Source: Eledone cirrhosa
Taxonomy: Eukaryota
Direction of reading: 5' to 3'
Assembly: GCA_964016885.1 (NCBI GenBank)
Contig: OZ024741.1
Location: 313,658,001-313,722,000 of the forward strand
Length of the DNA stretch: 64,000 nucleotides
Under the pieces are notes generated by a model that had not been told where the DNA came from, made no database searches, and saw only the letters and a program-made list of their open reading frames with translations. Of this stretch, positions 25,612 to 40,365 are shown in pieces (position 1 is the stretch's first letter; each line of letters begins with the position of its first letter). The position numbers and the translations under genes are program-made.

Positions 25612-28600
25612 GGTAACAAGTTATCGTTATAGGTAATCCAGTTAGATGTTGTGAGTACTCTGAGTCGTGGATAGTTTTAACGTACGGCTTTGCTTAACTC
25701 AACAATATGTTTCCATAGTTAGGGAGCGAGTTCGCGCTAAATCCTATGTAGGTTCTACTTGGAGTAATAATAGTGAAAGTATGAAGAGTAACATCGTTGG
25801 CTGTGCAACAAGTAGTTTTATGTCAGGTATTGACTATTGTTTCATTGATCAGGTGAGTCTACAGGTCACTAATCGCTTGAAGTTGCTCAATTCGATCTCC
25901 ATTATATTATTTACTTTAAACCAACTCCTCAGAATACAAAAAACAATTCACTCAAGGCAAAATATATAGAGAGAAATAGAGTATAATCAAAACAATAACA
26001 TCAATAATAAAATATATATGATACATAGGTAGAGAGGTTACAGATGTAAATGTATAATGTAAAAGATAAGAAAAAGGGTACAGTAAAAAGTAAGGAAATG
26101 GAAAAAATATAAATAAATAAGGATAAGTGAGATCATGTAAGTACAGTATATGATAGTGGTAGTAGAGAGTCTGATGTAGTGACAGATAAAAGAAAAAGCA
26201 TAAATTAGAGATTAATGGGGAGATACTAGTATGAGATTTAAGGGTAAGGGTGGATGGTGAAGGGATCTTTGACAAATGTGTGTAGTAAATATTTTGCTGA
26301 TTGTCCTGTCTTAATGGATGTGATGCTGTTTCAGGAGAGCGGGTGAAATAGATGTTAAGATATTTATGATCTAGTGACCAGTTGGTTGTTTGGCAGCTAA
26401 GAGCGGTGTGATTGTGTCTATTGCATACGTTGAAATTCTGGTGGTTCAGTTCTAAATTTGGTATTGTTGGCTCGAATCACGTGGTTTAAAACTTGTGAAC
26501 TTGGTAGCTATTTCATGCCTACAGAAAATTGATCTTTCTATTTTGCTGTTAAGCAGCATCTTATCGTACCTTAAAATATGGAATAGCTCCATATTACAAA
26601 TTCTGCGGTGGGGCATTCCATTGTCGTTAGCCCTTGCTTCTGATATTTTGACCAGCTAATCCCATATTCCTGGTTTGTGTTTTTAAGCTGCAAGATTTTA
26701 TTGGCTTGCGTCGTAGAATTATATAGTCTACGGTTCTTCATGGAGTGTCTGTGGACGCACCACCTTTTTTTTAACTCCCCAGCCGTGGAACCTATGTAGT
26801 GCCAAGTAGAGTTGCCTGAATTTACAGTACGCAGGTACACCATACTCGAATCCACGCATCTATTTTGCAGTGTGCACTTATCCGGTAGGTGGCAATTACA
26901 GTTGGAGGCTTTTCTTTGTGCCGCTTCTCCGTTGCGGTTTTGTATGTTCGTTGTGGGTGGGTTGATATTTAGGCCAATTAGTGTTTTGTTGTGATGCGCC
27001 CTAGTGTATGTGTGGTTGGGATGTTATGTGTTTGCGTTTTGTATTTGGTGCTATGATGTATATTGATAGGTTATTTTCTTTAGAGATGCTTTTGTGGTTG
27101 ATTTTACGTATGTGTGATTCTATGTTGGCTGCAGTAGAGTAAGATTGTTTGATAGTTCTTCTATTAAAGAATCTATGGTATTTGAGTAGATTAACAAAGT
27201 GTTTGTCTATTAGCTTAAATAATGTAGAAGACAGTTTTGTTTTTATAGAGGACTTGGATATTGGATTGAACCATAGGTATTTTCTATCATAGGTATCTTC
27301 TATGCTTAGTCCTATGCTTGTTATTTCATAAGGTGTGGGTAGTGTAGTTTTCGTTAGGGTTGTTGCTGCTGTCCCTATCTGGTATGTTCTCCAACCCCTC
27401 TTTACGTCCTGCCTTATGTATAGCTATATTATAATACTTTGGGTGTTCGTTAAAAATCTCTAGGTTAGAAGGTAGGCTGCATATTCTGAAGGATATACTA
27501 TGTGCTATGGTGTTAATTATGGATCGGGGGTGGTCGTTAATTATGGATCGGGGGTGGTTGTTATTTTATGGAAGGGCTCTATTAATCTGGTTATTAGGTT
27601 GAGTGTTACATCTAAGATGTTTGATTTTTTAGAATTAAGTTCGAACGTAGTACCTAGGCCTACTTTGTTAAAGAAGGCTCTGATGTTTTTTCGTAATTTT
27701 TCCATGTTTTGATTATTTAAGTTTTTTGTCTAAAAGGAATGTGTCGTCTCTATAAATTCATCCCTCGTGGTTATTGAATTCCTTATGTAAGTTGTGCGCT
27801 ATATATATTCACACGAATTCCGTTACCTGTGCCGAGTCGTTAGATCCCATTGTGATATTGAAGCTATTCTGTCTATTCTTACGTTCCCAGTAACTATTTT
27901 CGAATCTAATGATAGTTCTCCTAGTAGCATTATTATTTTAATTTCGTCCGAGGTAAGGTACGAATTTTCCTGGGCAAAGGTTAGCGCTTTATCTAGGGTG
28001 ACTGGGGATATGGATGAGTAGTAGTCATCAATGTGGAACTGTACGAAGTTGGATGTTTCTCTACTGTCTATTTTGCTGAACCAGTCTATTGCTTCGTTAG
28101 TGTTACCCCATACCTTAATTACTAGTTCGTCCTTGATTTGTGCGATTACACTATCTAGTATATACTTCGCAATTCTATCTATATACGACTTCGATGGGCA
28201 TATTAATCTAATTGCGGGCTCTATTTCGAAATTATATTTGTGATCCTTTAGGTTAAATGTGGGGTTACAATGTGCTAGAGGCTTGGTTCTATCAGATGTT
28301 TTCAGATTTTAGAATGCTAAGTCCTTTTTTAATAATGCTAGTGAGTGCAGATTCTGTTGTTTGTTTGTATTTTTTGTGCAGTTCACGACGTACACAATTA
28401 TTGTATGTATTAAGTCTCATGTCGTATATGCTTCAAGTTTTATCTCCTTTTACTATAATACCGTTGGCGTTGCATAGTTCTTTTAGAAGTGTATTGATGT
28501 CGTTTTACAATTTGTTGTGATGTGTCATTACTTTGAATTTGGTTCCACCTATCATGTTCATGAGGTCGAGTTCGAAGGCATCGAGCTGGGGGTTATTCGG

Positions 28601-29507
28601 AGGATTTTTCAGGATTTGAATCCGTATATTTTCCTAGTAATTTCCTCCGTGTTATTAGCGTGTCCTTTATCATAATGATAGGCCTTCCATCGGATTCGAC
28701 GAATGAAGTCATTAGTCCTTGTTAGTATGTATAGGTATGTTTTTCAAAGACATATCTATGTGGTGATTTTCCATTTTAGTGCCGTGCGTTAAAGTTGTTG
28801 CTCAACCTAGTGGGAGCTGGGTATATGGGGTAACAAGTTATCGTTATAGGTAATCCAGTTAGAGGTTGTCAGTACTCTGCGTCATGGATAGTTTTAACGT
28901 ACTGCTTTGTTTAACTTAACAAGATGTTTCCATAGTTAGGCAACGAGTTCGCAGTAATTCCTATGTAGGTTCTACTTGGAGTAATAATAGTGAAAGTATG
29001 AAGAGTAACATGGTTGGTTGTACATCAAGGGACTTTGTATGTTTCGAATATGACTTTTTATGTTAGCAAAAAACCCACCACACAATCCTTATACGAACAA
29101 CACTTACTCACCACCACCACTATCATACTCTGTACTTACATGGTCTCACTTATTCTTATTACTTTATATTTTTCCATTTTCTTACTTTTTTACTGTATCT
29201 TTTTTCTTATCTTTTACTTTTTATATTTTACATCTGTAACCTCTCTACCCATTATCATATATATTTTATTATTGTTGTTATTGTTTTGATTATACGCTAT
29301 TTCTCTCTATATATCTTGCCTTGAGAGAATTGTTTTTGTATTATGTGGAGTTGGTTAAAGGTAAATAATGTAATGGATCTCGAGTGCCGCAACTTCGAGC
29401 GATTATCGAGCTCTAGACTCACCTGATCAATAAAGCAAGTGTCAATGCCTGAAATAAGGCCCCGTGTTGTACAGCCAACCATGTTAACCTTCATCCTTTC
29501 ACTATAT
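25609..29507 (-). mobile_element. Penelope-like B, copy 2
   Basis: Near-identical to 16689-20585. Confidence 0.8.
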
Positions 29508-30296
29508 ACACCCTATATTCCGGTGTAAATTTTGATCCGCTGCATATACGTCCCATCAAATATTATGGTGTAAGTCAGGTTGAAGCCTATAGACACCGGT
29601 TGATACGACACACCAGGTATAAGCCATTATCATCTGGCCAGCCGCAATTATGCTTGCCGTTAACAAAAGGATTTAACTGGAGTGTTTTATTAGTAAACAA
29701 TATGCTATCACACCCTGACTTGATAGGCGGAATTTTTAAGAACCTAAATACTCTTTATCCAGTGTGTATCATTGTTACGTGGCGATATGATTTTACTTTC
29801 GACCTGTTTTGTTTTGTGGCGAAATTACCGGAGATTTTCCGATAGTTTAGATAATTCAGTGAATCAGTATACCATTCATATTATAACTATGATATTCATG
29901 ATAATATTATAGATATATATGTGTGTATATATTTATGTATGTATGTATTTATGTATGTATGTGTGTGTGTATGTGTGTATGTATGCATATATATATATAT
30001 ATATACAGTATATTATTGTAGAATATGGTAATATTTGGAAGGATTATATATGATATTTTTCTTATAGTATTGTTTGTTACTTTCATAATGTTATTAATAT
30101 TGCATTTAATTGAACTAAAAATCCAAGTATTTTTTTATAAAGGATCGATATAATATTCAATAAATTTACAACTTCATTTGTTTAGCACAAGACCACTTTA
30201 TTCTTGAAATTTGATATAAAATTTGATATAAAATTTGATATAAAATTGTATCATTGATATATGTATGCAATTAATGATATCTTCAACATTACCACC

Positions 30297-30486
30297 GGCG
30301 GTGGATTGGCAGTATCGGTAGAGGGTCGGACGCCATGCTTTGACGTATAGAGTTACGGTCCTTGCCATTCTGAGTTCAAATCCCGCCGAGGTTAACTTTG
30401 CCTTTCATCCTTACGGGGTCGATAAAATAAAGTACCAGTAATACACTGGATAATTGCTGGCCTTGTGCCAAAAGTAGAAACAATTA
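30297..30486 (+). mobile_element. tRNA-derived SINE, full length
   Basis: A-box-like tggcagtatcgg, B-box gttcaaatcc, tail gccttgtgccaaaagtagaaacaattat; absent from sister cassette at ~21990. Confidence 0.8.
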
Positions 30487-30508
30487 TCATATATATTGTT
30501 AATTTTAG

Positions 30509-30643
30509 AATGCCGAGCAGGAAAGTTTGGTGTTGCTTGTAATGGGACCTGCCATTGTATCAACGACACGAACTGTAACAAGCGAAACGGCACATGTTTA
30601 GAAGGATGTTCTGCAGGTTATGCTGGTGTCAATTGCCAAGAAG
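30509..30643 (+). CDS. EGF-module exon (class D, copy 2)
   Basis: Same as 22017-22151; AG/GT intact; SINE inserted ~20 nt upstream of the acceptor. Confidence 0.78.
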
Positions 30644-30971
30644 GTATTGTTACGTAATTATTATACACACGCACACACACATGCACACACACCCCCACAC
30701 ACAAACACACAAATATAAATATTTAGATATACATATATATATATATATATATATACATAAATACATTTATATATATACCGTATATGACTTGTACGCGGGA
30801 ATTTTTTAAAACCTAAATATTCCTTATCCAATGTGTATCAGCTTAGATGGCGATATATATTTACTGTCGTCCTGTTTTGTTTCGTAGGGAAATTACAGTA
30901 GTTTTTCGATAATTTAGAAAATTCAGTGAATCAGTATACCATTAATATAATAATTATAATATTAATACTAA

Positions 30972-32100
30972 TAGGAATCGCTTGTGAGGACAATGCAAGC
31001 TACGTACATGGGTGCTGTAAGTAAAGTGATAATAGAAATGGAGTTTGTGAGGAATTCCATATAAAAGTAGGTGTACATCAAGATTCGCTCCTCAGCCCAA
31101 TCTTGTTCATTATAGTCCTCCAAGCCATAACAGAGGAGTTTAAGACTGGTGCCCATGGAATCATCTCTATGCTGATGATCTGGTTCTTATAGCAGATTCA
31201 GTAGAGGAGCTAGATAATAAATTATGTCTATGGAAACAGCAGTTGGAATCAAGAAGCCTGAGACTGAACATAGCTAAACAAAAGCGTTGATAAGTAGAAT
31301 AGAGGACAATGCTCTGATTCTATCGGGGAATTGGCCATGATAGATATATAGGAATGGAACTGACATGAATTCCATGAAATCTACGCAATGCTGATCTTGG
31401 AGACACAAAATATGTAGTGGGATAGCCGGCAAACTAACAGGTAGGGAAAACTACGTATGCAATAGAGGTACAGGGAAAGTTGGCAGTAGTAATCCCTGCG
31501 ATAGACTCATTTTTCAAATGCAGGTGGGTTCTATAGAAGAGGTTGTTAGCTTCCGGTACCTAGGTGATGATATAAGCATGGGAGGAGGGTTTTTCGCGTC
31601 CATAGTATCTAGAATAAGAACGGGTTGAAAGAAGTTTATGGAGCTACTTCCTCTGTTGACAAAAAAGCGTTTCTCCCTGCGTAGAAAATGAAGGTTATAT
31701 GATACGAGGATGCTGCATGGTAGTTAGAAATGGACACAACTGCTGGAGATTTGCGACGGCTGGAGAAAAATGAAGCAGGTATGCACAGTTGGAGGGGCAA
31801 TTTTAATGTGCGTCAACGACAAAGCATAGACGAGCTGAGTATAAGAGGGATAAGTTGTGGTGTGCAGGAGAGAAGGCTGAGATGATATGTACATATGATG
31901 TGCATGGAGGATGAGCGCTGGGTGAAGAAGTGCCAGGAAGTCCAAGTGGAGGGAAGACGCAGTGGAGGTAGACCACAAAAAACATGGCCGGAGCTGGTTA
32001 AACTCACCGAGGAGATGACAAAGGAACGTGACAAGTGGGGAGATGCTGTGCTGAATAGGACTCGTCCAACCATTGCTAGCTGGGAAAAACGGGCGGAAAA
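30972..32100 (+). mobile_element. RTE-like LINE fragment
   Basis: Near-identical to 22494-23620. Confidence 0.8.
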
Positions 32101-32106
32101 ATTATA

Positions 32107-32186
<80 letters not shown>

Positions 32187-32352
32187 ATTTCAAAGTAAAA
32201 ATGTCGCAAATACATATCGTAGTAACTGATAAAATATGGTGTAAATTTGAAGGTTTATATATGTTGTTTCTCATGGTATTGTTTGTTTCTTTCATTATGT
32301 TGTATATATATATTATATGTATATGTATGTATGTATGTATGTATGTATATTA

Positions 32353-32962
32353 TGTCAGGTCACCAGTTGGTGCTACTGGTAACATGCATCCCAGTACAAC
32401 CTGTCCCATGGTCGGGTCGTTGGCGACTAAACTGGCAACCCCACCAAGGTTTCTTGGTGAGGAGGGTGACTTTGGACATCCTGCAGGACTAAAAACAAAA
32501 CCTGTCAAAAGGCAAAGGAGCTCTTAAGAGTCAATGGCCATCCAAAATCACCGGGAGAGATGACCCCTTAGCCTTTGTCAAGGCAGAATTCTAGGAGAAG
32601 GAAAACTCTGATATAACACCTGCAACCCTGATGGTATCCAATGATGTTGACTTGTTCTTCTTTTTGGTAAATATCATCTTGGTTAAGAGAGTGGGACTGG
32701 CTTTGTGCAGTGCCTTTGCTCACTATAAAAGCTTCACGGCACAGGCATTGCTTTATATCTGGAGATCTCTCTGCACTTGTCGTCACATGGTACCATGGGC
32801 CCAGCACTATGTGTCAGTAATTGTCACAAGTGTAGTGTTTGTACCAGAGTTTTCAAGTCGCTGGCTGGACTAAAAAGTCACACTCGTTCAGCGCATCGGT
32901 AGGGGTTCTCCTACATGGATATAAAGTAGTGGCCGTACTCGAAAACGAGTTGGCAGCCACCA
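32353..32962 (+). mobile_element. Same ~610-bp element, independent insertion
   Basis: Same termini; in (TATG)n; absent from sister sites ~15065 and ~23960. Confidence 0.7.
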
Positions 32963-33265
32963 TGTATGTATATATAAGTATGTATGTATATATGTGTGTG
33001 TGTATGTATGCATTTATATATATATATATATAACATATATATATATACAGTATATATTATATATATGTAAAAGGTAAACGGAAATAACAAGACAATCGGT
33101 ACAGTATATGGAAGGGATATATTAGGTTAACGTTTGATATAGCAGGAATAGCGTCTCAGCATTTTGGACACTAGTCCTTCATTAGAAGAAACAATGAGAA
33201 ATAAAATAGATTGAGGGGGCAGTTGAATTGGAATTGGAATAAAAATAAAAATAACAGGTTCATCT

Positions 33266-33319
33266 GAACATGTTCAGATGGACGTTCTGCAGGTTATATT
33301 GGTGTCAATTGCCAAGAAG
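33266..33319 (+). pseudogene. 5'-truncated EGF exon, copy 3
   Basis: Same junction as 15372. Confidence 0.8.
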
Positions 33320-33390
33320 GTATCTCATAAAATTGTTACGTACTTACTATACACACACACATTCACGCACACACACACACACACGCGCGC

Positions 33391-33451
<61 letters not shown>

Positions 33452-34276
33452 ACACACACACACACACATCTATTCGTATATATTTAATTATATATAAAAA
33501 AATTATATATATACCGTATATGCCGGTATGAAAGTTGATGCGCTGCATAAGTCGACCCATCAAATGTTGTGGTGTAATTCAGGTGGAGGCCTATATACGC
33601 CTGTTGAGACGGCACCCCAGGTATAAGGCTTTACCATCTCCTCAGCCGTAGATATGATTGCCGTTGTTTATTTGCACAAAATATAAAATATGGAAATAAA
33701 CACTAAATAGTTGTAAAATTAAAATGCTTGTGAGGAAAGTACAAATTGTAAAATTTATATTTCATTTCACAAAACGATTTAACTGAACTGTTTTATTAGT
33801 AAACAACATGCTACCACACCGTCACTTGATATGCGCTAATTTAAAAAAACCTAAATATTCCTTATCCAATGTGTATCAGCATTACATGGAGATATATTTT
33901 TATTTCGACGTGTTTGTTTCATGGAAAAATCACAGCAGATTTTCCAATAGTTTCGATAATTCAGTGAATCAGTATACCATTAATCTTACAACTATGATAT
34001 TCATGATAATATTATATCTATTTTGGAAGGATTATACATGTTGTTTTTCTAATAATATTGTTTGTTTCTTTTATAATGTTATTAACATTGCATTTAACTG
34101 AACTAAAAATCCATCTATAATTTATAGAAGATCGATATAACATTCAATATTTCTACAAGTTAATTGGTTTATCCCAAGCCCACTTTAATCTTGAAATTTG
34201 CTATCAAATCGTATCAATGATTTTTGTATGTAATTAATGATATCTTCAACTTTATCATATATATTGATATATTTAG

Positions 34277-34411
34277 AATGCCGAGAAGGAAATTTTGGTG
34301 TTGCTTGTAATGGGACATGCCATTGTATCAACAACATGAACTGTGACAAGCGAAATGGAAGATGTTCAGATGGATGTTCTGCAGGTTATACTGGTGACAA
34401 TTGCCAACAAG
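34277..34411 (+). CDS. EGF-module exon (class C, copy 3)
   Basis: Same sequence and splice sites as 16388-16522. Confidence 0.85.
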
Positions 34412-34509
34412 GTATCTCATAACAATGTTACGTACTTATTAGACACACAAACACACACATACATATACAAACACACACACAGAGACACACATATAAACAT
34501 ATTTATATA

Positions 34510-34573
<64 letters not shown>

Positions 34574-34576
<3 letters not shown>

Positions 34577-35700
34577 GGTAACAAGTTATCGTTATAGGTA
34601 ATCCAGTTAGATGTTGTGAGTACTCTGCGTCGTGGATAGTTTTAACGTACGGCTTTGCTTAACTCAACAATATGTTTCCATAGTTAGGGAGCGAGTTCGC
34701 GCTAAATCCTATGTAGGTTCTACTTGGAGTAATAATAGTGAAAGTATGAAGAGTAACATCGTTGGCTGTGCAACAAGTAGTTTTATGTCAGGTATTGACT
34801 ATTGTTTCATTGATCAGGTGAGTCTAGAGGTCGCTAATCGCTTGAAGTTGCTCAATTCGATCTCCATTATATTATTTACTTTAAACCAACTCCTCAGAAT
34901 ACAAAAAACAATTCAGTCAAGGCAAAATATATAGAGAGAAATAGAGTATAATCAAAACAATAACATCAATAATAAAATATATATGATAAATAGGTAGAGA
35001 GGTTACAGATGTAAATGTATAATGTAAAAGATAAGAAAAAGGGTACAGTAAAAAGTAAGGAAGTGGAAAAAAATATAAATAAATAAGGATAAGTGAGATC
35101 ATGTAAGTACAGTATATGATACTGGTAGTAGAGAGTCTGATGTAGTGACAGATAAAAGAAAAAGCATAAATTAGAGATTAATGGGGAGATACTAGTATGA
35201 GATTTAAGGGTAAGGGTGGATGGTGAAGGGATCTTTGACAAATGTGTGTAGTAAATATTTTGCTGATTGTCCTGTCTTAATGGATGTGATGCTGTTTCAG
35301 GAGAGCGGGTGAAATAGATGTTAAGATATTTATGATCTAGTGACCAGTTGGTTGTTTGGCAGCTAAGAGCGGTCTGATTGTGTCTATTGCATACGTTGAA
35401 ATTCTGGTGGTTCAGTTCTAAATTTGGTATTGTTGGCTCGAATCACGTGGTTTAAAACTTGTGAACTTGGTAGCTATTTTATGCCTACAGAAAATTGATC
35501 TTTCTATTTTGCTGTTAAGCAGCATCTTATCGTACCTTAAAATATGGAATAGCTCCATATTACAAATTCTGCAGTGGGGCATTCCATTATCGTTAGCCCT
35601 TGCTTCTGATATTTTGACCAGCTAATCCCATATTCCTGGTTTGTGTTTTTAAGCTGCAAGATTTTATTGGCTTGCGTCGTAGAATTATATAGTCTACGGT
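34574..35700 (-). mobile_element. Penelope-like B, copy 3, cut by rearrangement at 35700
   Basis: Matches 16689-~17815, then switches to sequence matching ~1832. Confidence 0.8.
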
Positions 35701-35752
35701 TGCATTTAACTGAACTAAAAATCCATGTATGTTTTATAGAGAATCGTTATAA

Positions 35753-36386
35753 TCTATCTATATAAAACTGAGGATGTCTGTCTGTGTGTGTGTCTGTGAG
35801 ATGGAATCAATAAAACTCGAGAAGTACCGAACCGATATTTTTACATGTGTTTTACTTATGTTTCAGGGAATGTTATGTACATAAAAAACAACGTTGTTGT
35901 TCCCCTAGGACCCGCATTAGGTGAAAAAGTGCATTTTATTTCAGATTTTAGGGGTATTTTGAGGCGTTAAGTTAGACCAATTTTCTTGAAATTGTAACTA
36001 TGTATAAGTCGGTCTCTTCTTCATACCGGGAGCAAAGAAAATCCAATTTTTGTATTGCCTGGGGTCCGCATTAGGTGAGAAATTCATTTTTTCATCCTTT
36101 TAGGGCTTTTTTTAGGCGTTACGTCTCGCCGAATTTCTCGAAACTTCAAGGCATATTATGCACATGAGAACAATTCATTTTCTTGATCCCCTAGGGTCCA
36201 CATTAGGTTAAAACCTGCATTTTTCCTGCTTCATCGAGGAAAATCTTAAAGATTATCCAGCCATCAGAGTATTCGGTTTATTTTCTTTACATATTGTCCA
36301 GGCATGCAGTTTTTCCAGGATCAAGGCTTTTGGCGACACGCGTTCCAAAATAACTTATCCCGTGCAACGCCGGGTACCACTGCTAT
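35753..36386 (+). mobile_element. Non-autonomous Helitron (paralog)
   Basis: Near-identical to 1885-2518. Confidence 0.75.
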
Positions 36387-36522
36387 TATTCAATAAATAT
36401 GCAGGTTCATTTCTTTATCACAAGAGAACTTTAATCGTAAAATTTTGTATAAAATTGTATCATTGATATCTGTATGTAATTAAGGATATATGCAACATTA
36501 TCACATATAGTGATATTTTTAG

Positions 36523-36654
36523 AATGCCGAGCAGGAACGTGTGGTGTTTGTAATGGGACATGCCATTGTATCAACAGTATAAATTGTGACAAGTGAAATG
36601 GAACATGTTCAGATGAATGTTCTGCAGGTTATACTGTTATCAATTGCCAAGAAT
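36523..36654 (+). pseudogene. Dead EGF exon (class E, copy 2)
   Basis: Same stop and donor loss as 2655-2786. Confidence 0.85.
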
Positions 36655-36740
36655 ATATCTCATAAAATTGTTACGTACTTACTACACACACGCACAACCA
36701 CATAACCCCACCCACCCCCACACATATACATATATGTATA

Positions 36741-36786
<46 letters not shown>

Positions 36787-36788
<2 letters not shown>

Positions 36789-39290
36789 TATATATAGTTA
36801 TACTTGAGGAGGGTCATATTGTTGTGATAATTTTGCCAGAAATAATAACAGAACACACTCACTGTTTGGTTGCTTTTCGCTTTTGTATGTTTTATATCTC
36901 CATAGTTAATTTATTTGGCAATCAATGTTTATCATTGATTGACCAACGGTCAAAAATACAGATATAAATATTTATATATAGTTTAAAATGTTCTTTCGTT
37001 GCACATCTGCAACATCATCAGTGGTACTAATATGTAACCCTCCTATTGTATTAAAAGTCTACGCCATTTATATTTTATCTGTTTATTTATTTATTTTTAT
37101 TTATTTTTGACTTCGTCCATGCGCATGCGTTTGCGTGTGTGTATATTGTTTGGTGTGTGAGTTCGCGTTTGGGTGACTGTGTTTTGGTTATTGTATTCTA
37201 TCTTAGTTTATTAGTGTGTCTTTATATGTGTTTCTTCTTATTGTGCTTGTGTATATATTCATTTATGTATTTATTTATTTATGTATTTATTTATTTATTT
37301 ATATTTCTCTTATGTCAGTATTCTTTGTTTGGGTGTTGGTATTCCATTCATTTTTTGTTTAGCTTTGTCTTTTTAAACTGTGTTTCGCTTGCGTCTTTGA
37401 TGTGCCTACTTGCTGGCTCATTTCTATATGTAGATAATATTTTAATTTCTATGTCTTACCGTCATGTTGTTGTCTGGACTATTCGTATTGTACTGAACAT
37501 TTATTTTGTTCTTTTAATTCCCCCCAATTTTGGTCTATATATTCTCCTATGCATCGAGCTCTCGCGCCTATGTATGGTGTTGTCATATTTCTGCAAGTAG
37601 CCTCTGTACATCTTATGCTATAAACTACATTTCTAGTTTTACAGTTTATCTGGGGGTTTACTTTACATATAGCACATTTCTTATTAGTACAGTAGGTTTT
37701 CTTAAAAGGGTCTGTTTTGATCATCCGGGATTGCATGGCAGTTCCTGATTTTACTAACCCTTTCATCTTTAAGTAGGTCATTCTCAGGGCCTTTTTGCAT
37801 CGGGTAGCTAATTTCCCTCCAGGGGTAGCGTCCACGAGAATGACACTTTGGTATCTCTGGTTGTGGTACCATGAGGTGGTTTTACCTATTTTATGTTTAG
37901 TCCTATCTAAGATATTCCATGATTTGCTCCTGTATAATGGGCAAATTCCTTTCATCTGCAGTTCTATGAGGGTCTTATACATCTCAGTGGTTCCTTTGTA
38001 TGCTCTGATTCTATCTCTTTGGTTGTAGCCAGAGAAATGCATGTGCTTTATGAAGTGTTGGATGTGTCTTTCCATTTCTGTTGGGTCGCACATGCGGGAC
38101 ACGTTCTTCATCACTCGTACCAAGTCAGCGATTAGGATATTAAACTTAGCACTACTGGACATCGCTGAGGTTTTGAATAACGGGTATTTGGAGGCCATGG
38201 GTTTATCGTAGTATGAGTGGGGATTTTGGGCCTTCACGTATATAGTGTTAATCCAGAGTTCCGTATCTAATACAGGTAGTCTATTATTAGGGTGATTGGA
38301 AGGGTATTCAATAGTTACAGTTATACTCTGGTGTATGGAGTTAGCTATCTGCTGGATTCTTTATTCTAATATATATTCGTTAGTACTCTCTCGTGGCGGT
38401 GTACTTATTACTATATTAATATTGTCTACGTAACGAGAGTACATGGACCTCTCTTGAAGGAGGTTTTGAGTCTCATTTCCCAGCAAACCATAAAAAGGTT
38501 GGCAACATCACCAGCTATGTTGATCTAAATGGTTGCTGCCTCATTTTGGGTGTAGATCTTTACGTTGAATAGGGTAGTTTTAATACTTGCCTCATTGCAT
38601 GCGCGACAACTTTTCTTACATGATCATTGTTTTTGGGTGTTGGTATGGCTTTAGTCCACCAAATTCACCCTCCCATGGAAGTCTTTTTTGCCATTGAGGT
38701 TATGGTGGGTGGTCTACTTCTTATGGGTCTACTAGGGCAGAAACGGCTAAGAACACGGCTGTCTAGGTACTTGGTGTCATAGGTAAGTCTAAGTAGGAGG
38801 CCCAGTTCATATGTGTCTACGTCCCAGACCACAACCTCACTCTCACTGATTATCTCCACACAAGTTTCCACAGCAAAATCAATGTTAATGGATGGTTATA
38901 GAGATACAACGTCCATACTGCGTATTATGCAGTTAGATAGGTTTTTGTTTTTGTTGCACTCATTGATTCTGCTGAAGAGGTATTCTGTACTGTCACATAA
39001 ATCTGGGGATATCTTGATTAAGGTGCGTATAACCACTGAGAGGAACTAGGAGATCCTTTAGTTGCTAGCGATATTGGCTACGCATACAAATCTTGTTGAT
39101 GGATCTGTCACCGGGTCGTCGAGTATCGTATGGTCTTTGAATAGCACATATAAGGGTGGTATGTCATTGTTAGACGCGTGGATGTTCATAGCAGTTGGTC
39201 TGCTTGGCTTTAGGATGTAGGTCCTCATCATCATGTGAGCGTTGACGATCTCCTCTCACCCATCATGTGTTTGTTGTGTAATTTCGCCTG
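36787..39290 (-). mobile_element. Penelope-like A
   Basis: 252-aa ORF 37479-38237 with NVVYSIRC...PYIG (GIY-YIG). Confidence 0.82.
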
Positions 39291-39298
39291 GAGATATA

Positions 39299-39395
<97 letters not shown>

Positions 39396-40230
39396 ACTTC
39401 AAAGTAAAAATGTCGGAAATTCATATCGTAGTAACTGATAAAATATGGTGTAAATTTGAAGGATTATATTTGTTTTTTCTTATGATATTGTTTGTTTCTT
39501 TCATTATGTTATATATATATAATATATATATTATATGTATAGATATGTATATATGTATGTATGTATATATGTGTGTGTGTATGTGTGTATGTATTCATTT
39601 ATATATATATATATTTATATATACATATATATATACAGTATATATTATATATATGTAAAAGTTATTCAGAAATAACAAGACAATCGCTACAGTATATGGA
39701 AGGGATATATTAGGTTAACGTTTGATATAGCACGAATAGGGTCTCAGCATTTTGGACACTAGTCCTTAATTAGAAGAAAGAATGTGAAATAAATTAGATT
39801 GAGGGGAGGGTTGCGTTGGAATTGGAAAACATGTCCTGAGATAAAAATAACAGATTCATTTATGTTGACATCTCTTGCAGTGTGTGTGCGTGTATGTGTG
39901 TGCGTGTGTGTTTATTTAAATGTAAGAATGTCGCAATTACATATCGTAGTAACTGGTAGAATATGGTAAGATTTGGAAGGATTATATATGTTTTTTTTTT
40001 TCTTATAATATTGTTTGTTTCTTTCATAATATTTTTTAACCTTGCTTTTGACTGAAATAAAAATCCATGTATATTTTATAGAGGATCGATTTAATATTCA
40101 ATAAATATCTAAGTTCATTTGTTTATCACAAGAAATATATAATCTGAAACTTTCGTATGAAATTGTATCATTGATATCTGTATGTAATTAATGATATCAT
40201 CATCATTCTCATATATATTGATAGTTTTAG

Positions 40231-40365
40231 AATGCCCAGTAGGAACGTTTGGTATTGCTTGTAACGGGACTTGCCATTGTATCAACAATATTAACTGTGA
40301 CAAGCGAAATGGAACATGTTCAGATGGATGTTCTGAAGGTTATATTGGTGTCAATTGCCAAGAAG
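40231..40365 (+). CDS. EGF-module exon (class A, copy 2)
   Basis: gttttag|...|gtatat; ECPVGTFGIACNGTCHCINNINCDKRNGTCSDGCSEGYIGVNCQE. Confidence 0.85.
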
